From Bdellovibrionota bacterium (lineage in GTDB: Bacteria; Bdellovibrionota_C; UBA2361; OMII01): a stretch of 64,000 nucleotides of DNA. Positions 38,715 through 46,919 of this stretch are shown one piece after another. Location of the stretch: assembly GCA_044337105.1 (NCBI GenBank), contig JBIIOE010000003.1, positions 4,850-68,849 on the forward strand. Reading direction: 5' to 3'. Made by a program: the position numbers and the translations under genes. How positions within the stretch are numbered: the stretch's first letter is position 1; each line of letters starts with the position of its first letter. The notes beneath the pieces were generated by a model. That model had not been told where the DNA came from. It worked only from the letters and a program-made list of their open reading frames with translations, and ran no database searches.

Positions 38715-40796
38715 ATGACAACCGCTGTTCAACCCGTTGGTCCTGCAGAAGCGAATCACCTCGTGAACAACTCTATCGAGCAGAGATTCAGGGATTATGT
38801 GAGCATATCCGGTGCGCCGAAGGTGATACTCACCGATTTTTTTGACACCTTGATAGGTCGCACTGTAGAGCCTGAGTACGTCAAGCAGCTATGGGCTACC
38901 CGTGTGCGGCATGCGGCGGGGATCTTTACGGACGCGCAAAGGATTCACGCGCTGCGAGTCGAGTCTGAGGCGGCGCTGTGCAGAGCTAGCGTCGCGAACG
39001 GGTATGACGATGAGTTTAGGTATCTTGATCTCTGCAGGGAGATTCATGCGTCACTCAGGCGCCTAGGGGGTATAACCGAGGGGCTCACGCTAGCTGAGTT
39101 TACCCACATCTCCGAATGCGTTGAGCTTCAGATAGAGCGAGAGGTTCAGTTCGTCTATCCGCGCATGCTTGAGTTCTTGAAACAGAGAAAGAGCGAGAGG
39201 ATCCCTATTTTTGTAGTCTCTGACTCTTTCCTCTCTCCTCGGCAGTTTCGCGGTATTCTCGAGCATCACGGTCTTTCGAGTCTGATCGATAATTTTTTCC
39301 TCTCCTCCGATAAGCTACTCGCGAAACGGAGCGGTCGAATGTACGGGAGTGTTCTGGAGCTCCTTGACCTGCAGCCGAGCGACGCTTTGATGTTTGGCGA
39401 TAATCTCATATCTGATATCCAAAGGTCGGGACAGAACGGAATTTGTTCCATTCACGTCAGCCACGACATTGAATCGGAGGCGAGGCGTAATCACGCAACG
39501 GCCCAAGGGATCCTAAAGCAGGTTCTCATAGGAGATTCCTGGTGCCGATCGCCCCTGTTTCCAGAGCTTCCTCTCTCTGTGTTGTTTTTTATTAGAGTTC
39601 TGCACCGTCGTGCCGTGCAGCTTGGCTTCAAGGATTTGCTGTTTTGCTCTCGGGAGGGATTAATCCTCAAGGAGTTGTTCGAGGATTATCAAAATCACTT
39701 GGGCCTACGAGATAGAATCCGAACCCATTACTACTATACATCGCGACTAGCCTCTTTCTTGCCATCTCTTTCCGACCTCAAGGAAGAGACCTTCGAGAGG
39801 CTGTTTCGTCAATACCGACAGCTTTCTCTCCGAACCTTTCTCCTGAACCTTCAGTTTAAGGATGACGATATCGCTCGCCTTGCGGATGATTTGGGCGAGG
39901 ATTGCAGTAGAGAACTAGACGACTTTCCATCTTCGGAACTCTTTCATCGACTGAAAAGTTCGCAACGTTTCGCTGATGTGTACGAGCGCAATCGCTCTGA
40001 GCAGGCTCAGCTTTCCCTCAAGTATCTTCGCAGCTTTTTCCCCGCTAATACGCTTCCGGCGCAGATTGGATTGGTAGACATTGGATGGAAGGGGACTATC
40101 CAAGATAACGTGAGGGCACTTGTCCCCGAAACCACGCACCTTCATGGTTTCTATTTGGGACTAGTCGCTCTTGGAGCAGCCTCTCCATGTAATTACAAAG
40201 AAGGGCTCCTTTTCCACTTTACGCCCACTACCTCGCCGTTTGCGAAGATATTCAGTGAAACCTGCGCACTTTTTGAGATCCTTCTTTCCGCCCTGCACCC
40301 GGGAACCGAAAGATATCGCGCACACGATGGTCGAGTTGAGGCAGTTTTCGGAAAGACCGAAAAGCCGGCACTTCTGCAAGCTCAGTTGTCGAGCTATCAG
40401 GAGACGCTCAGAGCCGCATTTCGTGAGCTGCTCCGAACATCCGCAGCCGGCCATCTGGATGACGACATGTATTTGGAAGCCGTAGCGCGCCGACATGCGC
40501 GTATGGTCTTTCAGCCCACGGCTGAGGAATTGAGGCTAATTTCTTCGTTGGAGCATTCCGAAAATTTCGGGATCTTCAACGAGACGAGTTTTTTCATTCC
40601 TGAGTCTATCTCTTTGGGCCAGCGCCTTCACAATACGGTGCGCTACTTTAAGAGCCCTTCGTCGGTTCTACATTCGTCCCTGTGGCCGGCTCTTTCATTG
40701 TCGAGGCATGGTTTGGGATGGATACAACCTCTGTATGCCGGAGTTAGCGCCTTCAAGGTGTTTAATGAGCCATTCATAAGGATGCGAAAGCTGTGA
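38715..40796 (+). CDS. HAD-superfamily hydrolase domain fused to a large uncharacterised C-terminal region
   Basis: HAD motif I ILTDFFDTLIGR, motif II VVSDS, motif IV MFGDNLISDI. The following ~450 aa are unassigned. ATG 38715 is preferred over the TTG at 38646. Confidence 0.72.
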   Translation: MTTAVQPVGPAEANHLVNNSIEQRFRDYVSISGAPKVILTDFFDTLIGRTVEPEYVKQLWATRVRHAAGIFTDAQRIHALRVESEAALCRASVANGYDDEFRYLDLCREIHASLRRLGGITEGLTLAEFTHISECVELQIEREVQFVYPRMLEFLKQRKSERIPIFVVSDSFLSPRQFRGILEHHGLSSLIDNFFLSSDKLLAKRSGRMYGSVLELLDLQPSDALMFGDNLISDIQRSGQNGICSIHVSHDIESEARRNHATAQGILKQVLIGDSWCRSPLFPELPLSVLFFIRVLHRRAVQLGFKDLLFCSREGLILKELFEDYQNHLGLRDRIRTHYYYTSRLASFLPSLSDLKEETFERLFRQYRQLSLRTFLLNLQFKDDDIARLADDLGEDCSRELDDFPSSELFHRLKSSQRFADVYERNRSEQAQLSLKYLRSFFPANTLPAQIGLVDIGWKGTIQDNVRALVPETTHLHGFYLGLVALGAASPCNYKEGLLFHFTPTTSPFAKIFSETCALFEILLSALHPGTERYRAHDGRVEAVFGKTEKPALLQAQLSSYQETLRAAFRELLRTSAAGHLDDDMYLEAVARRHARMVFQPTAEELRLISSLEHSENFGIFNETSFFIPESISLGQRLHNTVRYFKSPSSVLHSSLWPALSLSRHGLGWIQPLYAGVSAFKVFNEPFIRMRKL

Positions 40797-42088
40797 AGAT
40801 AGCCATACTTTTGGGCTCCGCGCACGTGGGCGGAGGAACATATGTCATTTTCCAGCACGCATTGTTTCTTGCGAGAGCGGGTTGGGATGTGACCATCGTA
40901 GGAATGGCGCCCGTCGAAAAGGGGCAGCTTGACTGGCATCCTGAAGCCAAGGCAGGGCTCGTCTTCAAGACCTTTGATGATGTAGCCACAGAAAGCTTCG
41001 ATATAGCCATGGCAACGTGGTGGAGGACCGCTTATTGGCTTCATCGCGTGAAGGCGCGCTCCTACCAATATTTTGTGCAGTCTATCGAATCTCGATTTTT
41101 TGAGAGCTGGGATCTGGCAGCGATATCATATGCGGAATCCACATATTCGCTGCAATTGCCGGTGGTAACTGAAGCAAGGTGGATCAAAGGGTATTTAGCC
41201 GAGAAGTTTCACACCCAGGCACAACTCGCTCCAAACGGAATTAGGAAGGATCTCTATGCCCCCCAAGGGCCGACGATTGCCCCTCGTGATCCATCGCGTT
41301 TGAGGATTCTTGTAGAGGGTCCATTGAGGGTGTTCTTTAAAAATGTCGAGAAGACGGTAGAGCTGTGCAAGAAGTCGCGAGCCGATGAGATCTGGCTGCT
41401 AACGTCGTCGCGCGACTGCATGGAATATCCCGGTGTTGACCGAACGTTCTCCTGCATACCGATTACAGAGACGCCCTCTATCTATAGGTCGTGCGATGTG
41501 ATCATAAAATTGAGCTACGTGGAGGGGATGTTCGGTCCCCCACTGGAGATGTTCCACTGCGGAGGCACCGCTATCGTCTACGATGTGACGGGACACGACG
41601 AATATATTTGTCACGGTGAGAATGCTCTCGTACTGCGCAAGGATGACGAGGAGGGCGTTATCCAGACGATTAATAGCCTCAAGGACGACCCAACATTATT
41701 GTCACGGCTAAAGAGGGGGGCGCTTGATACAAGTGAGAAGTGGCCCGATTGGCAGCACTCTTCGGCCCGATTTCTCGAGGCGGTCCGAGATAATGCCAAC
41801 CTTCCATCGGAATCCCAGGTCTCGGTACGCGCTAAGTCAATTGTCTTGACCGAGTGGTACGAGAAGCACCTTCAGATGCAGCAGGCGCACTATCAGTTAA
41901 TTCCTCAATTAGAGAGTGCGAGGGCGGAATCCACAACGTATGCGCACACGCTGTCCGTTATCTATAATTCGAGAGGATTTCGTCTCATAGAGCGTCTTCG
42001 ATCGTTCTTGCCCAGAAATATCGTAACAGGTTTGAGGAAGACGCGACTCTGGCGCAGGCTCCGATCTTTCGGCGTCAAACGAGGATAA
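40793..42088 (+). CDS. Glycosyltransferase (GT-B fold, GT4-like)
   Basis: MKIAILLGSAHVGGGTYVIFQHALFLARAGWDVTIV, and an E(x7)E-type region EGMFGPPLEMFHCGGTAIV. Its start overlaps the previous stop. Confidence 0.82.
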   Translation: MKIAILLGSAHVGGGTYVIFQHALFLARAGWDVTIVGMAPVEKGQLDWHPEAKAGLVFKTFDDVATESFDIAMATWWRTAYWLHRVKARSYQYFVQSIESRFFESWDLAAISYAESTYSLQLPVVTEARWIKGYLAEKFHTQAQLAPNGIRKDLYAPQGPTIAPRDPSRLRILVEGPLRVFFKNVEKTVELCKKSRADEIWLLTSSRDCMEYPGVDRTFSCIPITETPSIYRSCDVIIKLSYVEGMFGPPLEMFHCGGTAIVYDVTGHDEYICHGENALVLRKDDEEGVIQTINSLKDDPTLLSRLKRGALDTSEKWPDWQHSSARFLEAVRDNANLPSESQVSVRAKSIVLTEWYEKHLQMQQAHYQLIPQLESARAESTTYAHTLSVIYNSRGFRLIERLRSFLPRNIVTGLRKTRLWRRLRSFGVKRG

Positions 42089-42107
42089 AAGTCCACAAAG
42101 GCTTCTG

Positions 42108-44585
42108 TTATTGCTGACGGAATGCTCTTTTGAACCAGCGCTTGGCTCGACTGGTAGGAGTGCCTGCGGAGAGCATATTCTCCAAAGTGTTGTACCTATT
42201 AGTTAGGTCATGTAGCTGAGCGTACACGTCATTTAATACTCTTCGCGTTTCATCGAGACGTGACTCTGTATCACGAATAAGGTCATCTTTTCGGTCTACA
42301 AGTGCTTCGGTGTCACGAATGCGAACATCTTTGTGGTCTATAAGTGCTTCGGCTTCGCGAATAATCAGGTCTTTTTTCTGTAGAAGCGCTTCGGTGTCTT
42401 GAATGATGGAATCCTTGTTTCGTACGCGGGCCTCAGTATCTCGAATGATTGCATCCTTGTGCTGAACAAGCTCCTCAACGGCTTTAAGAGCTTCTGCGCG
42501 CTCATCAATCATCCATTTCCAGTTTTGGCGTGCCTCGCCATATAGACGGTCACGTACCCAGCGCTCCGAGGGGGCGATTTGTCGCAATGCTCTTAGAGCC
42601 TTGACGGTGCAATCAAGAAACTCAACACCACCCACAGTTGGAAATATCAGGGGATTCTCGGGATCGCCGATGAATTCTCCTTGCGGACTCTTGAGCAGCT
42701 CGAAGCTGCGATCGACGGCAAGCTGCCAATACTTTCGCGACTCCTCTATGCGGTTCGCGGCGTAGTGTAACAGGCCGGATTCATACGCGGCGTTAATTAC
42801 TTTAGTACCGAGGCTAGGACTAAAGTTTTCCACCGAAGCCTGCGCCACGCCTTCGAGCATACGCAGCGCGGAAAGCTGATCTCCAATTTTGAGGAAGAGT
42901 TGTCCCGCCAGATATTCGAGCGAGATCTTCCACCGCTGCGCATGGCCCGTTGCACATGTGAGCTCAATATGAGGGCGCATTCGTTCAATGAGCTTCTGGA
43001 CTGAGAGAGCCGAAGCTCTAGAATCCTGAAGCAGTTGATAGCCGCGAACGCAGAGAGCTGCTGCTTCATCTGGGAGTCCATTGTTGGAGGAATCGGCCAG
43101 CACTCGCGCGGCGATATCTCCCAGCACGCTTGAGTTCGTTGCTCTGGTAGGAAATTCAACCAGAGTCCTCACAAGCCAGGGGTTTCGGTAGTCTCGCGCG
43201 AATTGTAAAAGGTGCTTCGGTCCATCCGAATAGCGATAGAAGGTTTCTCGGTAGGCTTGAGTTGCTCCAACCGGGTCCTTTAATCCAACCATGAGACACC
43301 ACTCACTATTGGGATATGACTCCGTCTCCAGCGAGACCGGCCTTAGGGTGCGCGGCTGTCTGTGCCAGCGATTGTCAATCTCGCGTAGTTTACACCCGCT
43401 GGCGATCTGTTGATAAATCGCCTCTACCAAGAATTCCTTGGATACCTGCTGCTTGAGCTTCTCAAAGGAGTACACATGCAGGTGATAGGGGTTGGGGTCT
43501 TTCCCTGAGTCGTCAGTCCAGTCGTTCGGTACGCTTACGATTACGCGACCACCAGGCGAGAGGAGTCTCTTGAACTCACGAAGCAGTCCCTCTGGATCTT
43601 CAACGTGCTCGAGCGTCTCAAATGAGAGAATCGCGTCGAAGCTACCGTCTGGGTATTGCGATAGACACTCCGGAAGGTATCCTTCGTGGAATGTTAGTCC
43701 AGGATCGAGTTGCGCGAAGTTCTTCGTAGCATAATCGATAGCATAAGGGCTGCCGTCTATTCCCACCACAGAAGCAGCTTGCCCTCGTTGTCGAATGACA
43801 TAGCTACCGTACCCAAGACCGCACGCCGCATCGAGCACCGCATCGCCTCTCCGAAGATACTGAGCGGCCCATTCGTAGCGAATAATATGGGCGTCTGAGC
43901 GTTCTCCAACTTCGCGGGTCATATCCATGTGGAGGTTGCGTTCGTCAGCAAGACTTGTCAGCGGGTAGCTTTCTAAGGCTTCGACGGGGATTTTCTCCAG
44001 CGGAATAATGATGGTTGGTCCCTCTTTGTGTAGAGCCTCGTACTTGTTGACTTCGTAGTAGAGCGGGTGTTTGCGAAACCCTGCCTTTAAGCATTCTGCC
44101 TCCCACCAGGCCCTCTCCTGCTCAATCTGAGCCGGGGAGTTTTCGTCCATTCGCTTGGTTTGAATTTGAAGTATCAAAAACCGTTGAGATACTCGGTAGA
44201 ACTCAGCAAGCGCTTTAGGGAGATCTTCCGCAGAGAGGTATTCGCACAGCATTGAAGCTACGATGGTGTAGCTGCTGCTCGTCTCGAAGGGGAGCGCGCT
44301 CGCAGGGGCAGTGCTAAACCGCCCAGGAGTTAGCGAGTTCGCATATGCGACAGCGACTGTCGAGATATCGACCCCTTTCGCGTCAACTCCTGTGCTGAGG
44401 AGTTCCCGAACAAGTTGGCCGTTTCCTGAGCCAACATCGAGAACTGAAGAGACGCCGCATAGCAGCATAACTGTGCTAGCGAGTCGTCGGTTCTCGGGAG
44501 TCGTAGTTTCGCAGCGCCCAGCGTCACTCCAGTATTGATCGAAAATATCTTCAAATTGCGCCGATGTTTCCACAGAGTGCCCCAC
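42108..44585 (-). CDS. Dual class-I SAM methyltransferase with TPR-like region and C-terminal repeat coiled coil (WbdD-like)
   Basis: 825 aa. Two SAM-binding motifs: VLDVGSGNGQL and VLDAACGLGYGS...ILSFETLEHV. C-terminus has five 14-aa repeats and a basic amphipathic tail RAKRWFKRAFRQQ. Directly downstream of wzm/wzt. Confidence 0.85.
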   Translation of the reverse strand: MGHSVETSAQFEDIFDQYWSDAGRCETTTPENRRLASTVMLLCGVSSVLDVGSGNGQLVRELLSTGVDAKGVDISTVAVAYANSLTPGRFSTAPASALPFETSSSYTIVASMLCEYLSAEDLPKALAEFYRVSQRFLILQIQTKRMDENSPAQIEQERAWWEAECLKAGFRKHPLYYEVNKYEALHKEGPTIIIPLEKIPVEALESYPLTSLADERNLHMDMTREVGERSDAHIIRYEWAAQYLRRGDAVLDAACGLGYGSYVIRQRGQAASVVGIDGSPYAIDYATKNFAQLDPGLTFHEGYLPECLSQYPDGSFDAILSFETLEHVEDPEGLLREFKRLLSPGGRVIVSVPNDWTDDSGKDPNPYHLHVYSFEKLKQQVSKEFLVEAIYQQIASGCKLREIDNRWHRQPRTLRPVSLETESYPNSEWCLMVGLKDPVGATQAYRETFYRYSDGPKHLLQFARDYRNPWLVRTLVEFPTRATNSSVLGDIAARVLADSSNNGLPDEAAALCVRGYQLLQDSRASALSVQKLIERMRPHIELTCATGHAQRWKISLEYLAGQLFLKIGDQLSALRMLEGVAQASVENFSPSLGTKVINAAYESGLLHYAANRIEESRKYWQLAVDRSFELLKSPQGEFIGDPENPLIFPTVGGVEFLDCTVKALRALRQIAPSERWVRDRLYGEARQNWKWMIDERAEALKAVEELVQHKDAIIRDTEARVRNKDSIIQDTEALLQKKDLIIREAEALIDHKDVRIRDTEALVDRKDDLIRDTESRLDETRRVLNDVYAQLHDLTNRYNTLENMLSAGTPTSRAKRWFKRAFRQQ
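42261..42470 (-). repeat. Five tandem 42-nt (14-aa) coding repeats
   Basis: LVQHKDAIIRDTEA / RVRNKDSIIQDTEA / LLQKKDLIIREAEA / LIDHKDVRIRDTEA / LVDRKDDLIRDTES. Confidence 0.8.
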
Positions 44586-44589
44586 CTGC

Positions 44590-45969
44590 TTACCAAGCAG
44601 CCGACATGCCTAAGTCGACTACTCCTCCGAAAAAGTTATCGTCTCGCCGTATGATGACCTGGAAGAAGGCCGCTTCGTCAACCCAATGAAGGATAGATTG
44701 GTTCAAATAATCCGGGGTATCCTCATACGAAATACAGGCTTGAATCTCGTATAAGTTCGCTCCTAAAGAGCATGAGCACTCGAGCGTCACGTTAAAGTCC
44801 TCTTGAGCGCGTAGTGCTCGCTCCCAGAAGATCTCTCCGCCCTTGCCAGTTGAGAGCGCTTTCATGTCTTGGTTGAGGGTGCCCCACGAAAAGATCTTGA
44901 TCCCCTCTTTATTGCGAATTCGGATCGAAATGTTGAGCCGTTGAGTATCTATGCTCGAATGACCATGAACGCGAATTTTAATCGTCTCACCTGGGTGAAA
45001 GACAGAGGTTGTATTCTCCTCAGCATTGAGGACCTCGACTTTGGTCACGCGGACACCGAGGCCGCCGAATTCTCGGGAGTCGGAGGCTTCTTTGACGGGG
45101 GCTGGGGTCAATGAGAGCTCGGCAGAGTCGGTTATCGGTGGCTCCGTCGGTGAGGGAGGCTCGACGTCTTTTAAGCCTTTTACCACAGATGCAAGATATG
45201 CGCATTCGTCGGCGTGGTTTTGCCTTCGATACTCGAGAACGACATCTGAGCTTGAGCCATAGGCAACCATTCTACCATCTCGAAGTAGGATTGCCCTGTT
45301 GGTCAACGTTCTAACGCTTTCTTGGTCATGGGAAACGAACAGGAGGGTGACCCCTCGGTCTATCATCTGGTGAAGGCGCTGGTAGCAACGCTTCTGGAAG
45401 AGAGCGTCTCCCACCGCGAGGGCCTCATCGACAATTAGGATATCCGGCTCAAGTTGTACCTGCACGGCAAAGGCAAGACGTACCAACATGCCACTGGAGT
45501 AAGTTTTTACCGGTTGATCGAGGTGAGAGCCGATGTCTGCAAAGGCGGCAATCGAGTCAAATTTTGCTTCGATGTTCTCTCGAGAGAGCCCCAAAATGGC
45601 GCCATTTACAAAAACATTTTCGCGGCCAGTAAATTCAGGATTAAACCCTGATCCAAGCTCGAGTAAGGCCGCAATTCTTCCGCGCGTTTCAATCGTTCCA
45701 ACGCTCGGGAACAGCGTGCCTGTGATGATTTGGAGAAGAGTGCTCTTTCCGGATCCGTTTCGACCGAGAATCCCCACCGACTCTCCTTTTTTAACCTCAA
45801 AGGAGATATCTCGAAGTGCCCAGAATTCACGATAGTAGTTTGCAGGCTGCGCTCCCACAAACCTCTTTACCTTTGGGACCAGAAACTGTTTGAGGCGATC
45901 TGACGGCGTGTCGTACAGCTGATAAACCTTACTAACATCTTGAACGGAGATTGCGCTGTTAGATGACAT
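44590..45969 (-). CDS. wzt: Polysaccharide ABC-transporter ATP-binding protein Wzt with C-terminal extension
   Basis: Walker A GRNGSGKST, signature YSSGMLVRLAFA, Walker B ILIVDEALAVGD. A ~200-aa C-terminal domain follows, in the position of the Wzt glycan-binding module. ATG 45969 overlaps the wzm end by 11 nt. Confidence 0.9.
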   Translation of the reverse strand: MSSNSAISVQDVSKVYQLYDTPSDRLKQFLVPKVKRFVGAQPANYYREFWALRDISFEVKKGESVGILGRNGSGKSTLLQIITGTLFPSVGTIETRGRIAALLELGSGFNPEFTGRENVFVNGAILGLSRENIEAKFDSIAAFADIGSHLDQPVKTYSSGMLVRLAFAVQVQLEPDILIVDEALAVGDALFQKRCYQRLHQMIDRGVTLLFVSHDQESVRTLTNRAILLRDGRMVAYGSSSDVVLEYRRQNHADECAYLASVVKGLKDVEPPSPTEPPITDSAELSLTPAPVKEASDSREFGGLGVRVTKVEVLNAEENTTSVFHPGETIKIRVHGHSSIDTQRLNISIRIRNKEGIKIFSWGTLNQDMKALSTGKGGEIFWERALRAQEDFNVTLECSCSLGANLYEIQACISYEDTPDYLNQSILHWVDEAAFFQVIIRRDDNFFGGVVDLGMSAAW

Positions 45970-46783
45970 CTGCAAACCCTTTTCTTGTCTTCTGAAACCA
46001 CGCAAATCCCAGCCATGCAACCGTCAAGCTCCCTGCTAGGTACGCGAGATAGAGCGGGACGCTTGGCAGATTACCCCAGAGAAGTACGTCGCGGGCTCCC
46101 TCGACTACCTGAGTAATTGGATTGAGCAAGAGCCACGGCTGCAACTGCTGGGGCAGGGCAGATAGTGGATAGAAGATCGGAGACATGAAGAGAAGGATAC
46201 TGGTAACCACACCGATTATCTGTCCAATGTCTCTGACATACACTCCTAGTGAGGCGAGGAACCAACTAACCCCAAGTGTAAAAAACACCAGAGGGACAAC
46301 GGTGAGACCGAATAGCCAAGCTGTGGCAGGCGGTAGCCCCACAAAGCAAAGATAGAACAGTAACCACACCCCAAAATTGATAATTAGGTGGAACAGAGAT
46401 GCTCCCAGTGATACAGCGGGTAGAATCTCGAGGGGAAACACGACTTTTTTGACGTAATTAGCCGAGGACTGGATAAGAAAAGGGGCGCGGGTGATCGTCT
46501 CGGCAAAGAGATTGAACACCATGAGGCCCGCGAACAGCACGAGCGCGAACTCTGTTTTTGATTGGGAGTCTGTCGACCAGCGAGCTTTGAAGACCACGCT
46601 GAATACGAAGGTGTAAACCGCCATCATGAGCAGCGGTGTCATAAAGGACCACAGAACTCCCAGTGCAGAGCCTTTGTACCGAGCAGAAACCTCTCGTAGC
46701 ACCAACTCGCGTATCAGCCCGCGGTTCGAGATAAGGCTCCGAATAAGAGAGCTAGCTGATATACTGAATTGACTCATGATCAA
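45959..46783 (-). CDS. wzm: Polysaccharide ABC-2-type transporter permease Wzm
   Basis: 274 aa with about 6 TM segments and an ABC-2 pattern (RELVLREVSARYKGSALGVLWSF). Upstream of wzt. Confidence 0.9.
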   Translation of the reverse strand: MIMSQFSISASSLIRSLISNRGLIRELVLREVSARYKGSALGVLWSFMTPLLMMAVYTFVFSVVFKARWSTDSQSKTEFALVLFAGLMVFNLFAETITRAPFLIQSSANYVKKVVFPLEILPAVSLGASLFHLIINFGVWLLFYLCFVGLPPATAWLFGLTVVPLVFFTLGVSWFLASLGVYVRDIGQIIGVVTSILLFMSPIFYPLSALPQQLQPWLLLNPITQVVEGARDVLLWGNLPSVPLYLAYLAGSLTVAWLGFAWFQKTRKGFADVI

Positions 46784-46919
46784 CGAATTTCCGCATTACG
46801 GGGAGTGCTAAGTATACCTTTCTATTGGTACGGGGCAACGTCCGTATGTAGATCGAGTGCTACCGCTCGGCCACCTCAGTCAGCGTCTGCCGTAGCGTTC
46901 GTTTTCGCCGCCCCCATGG

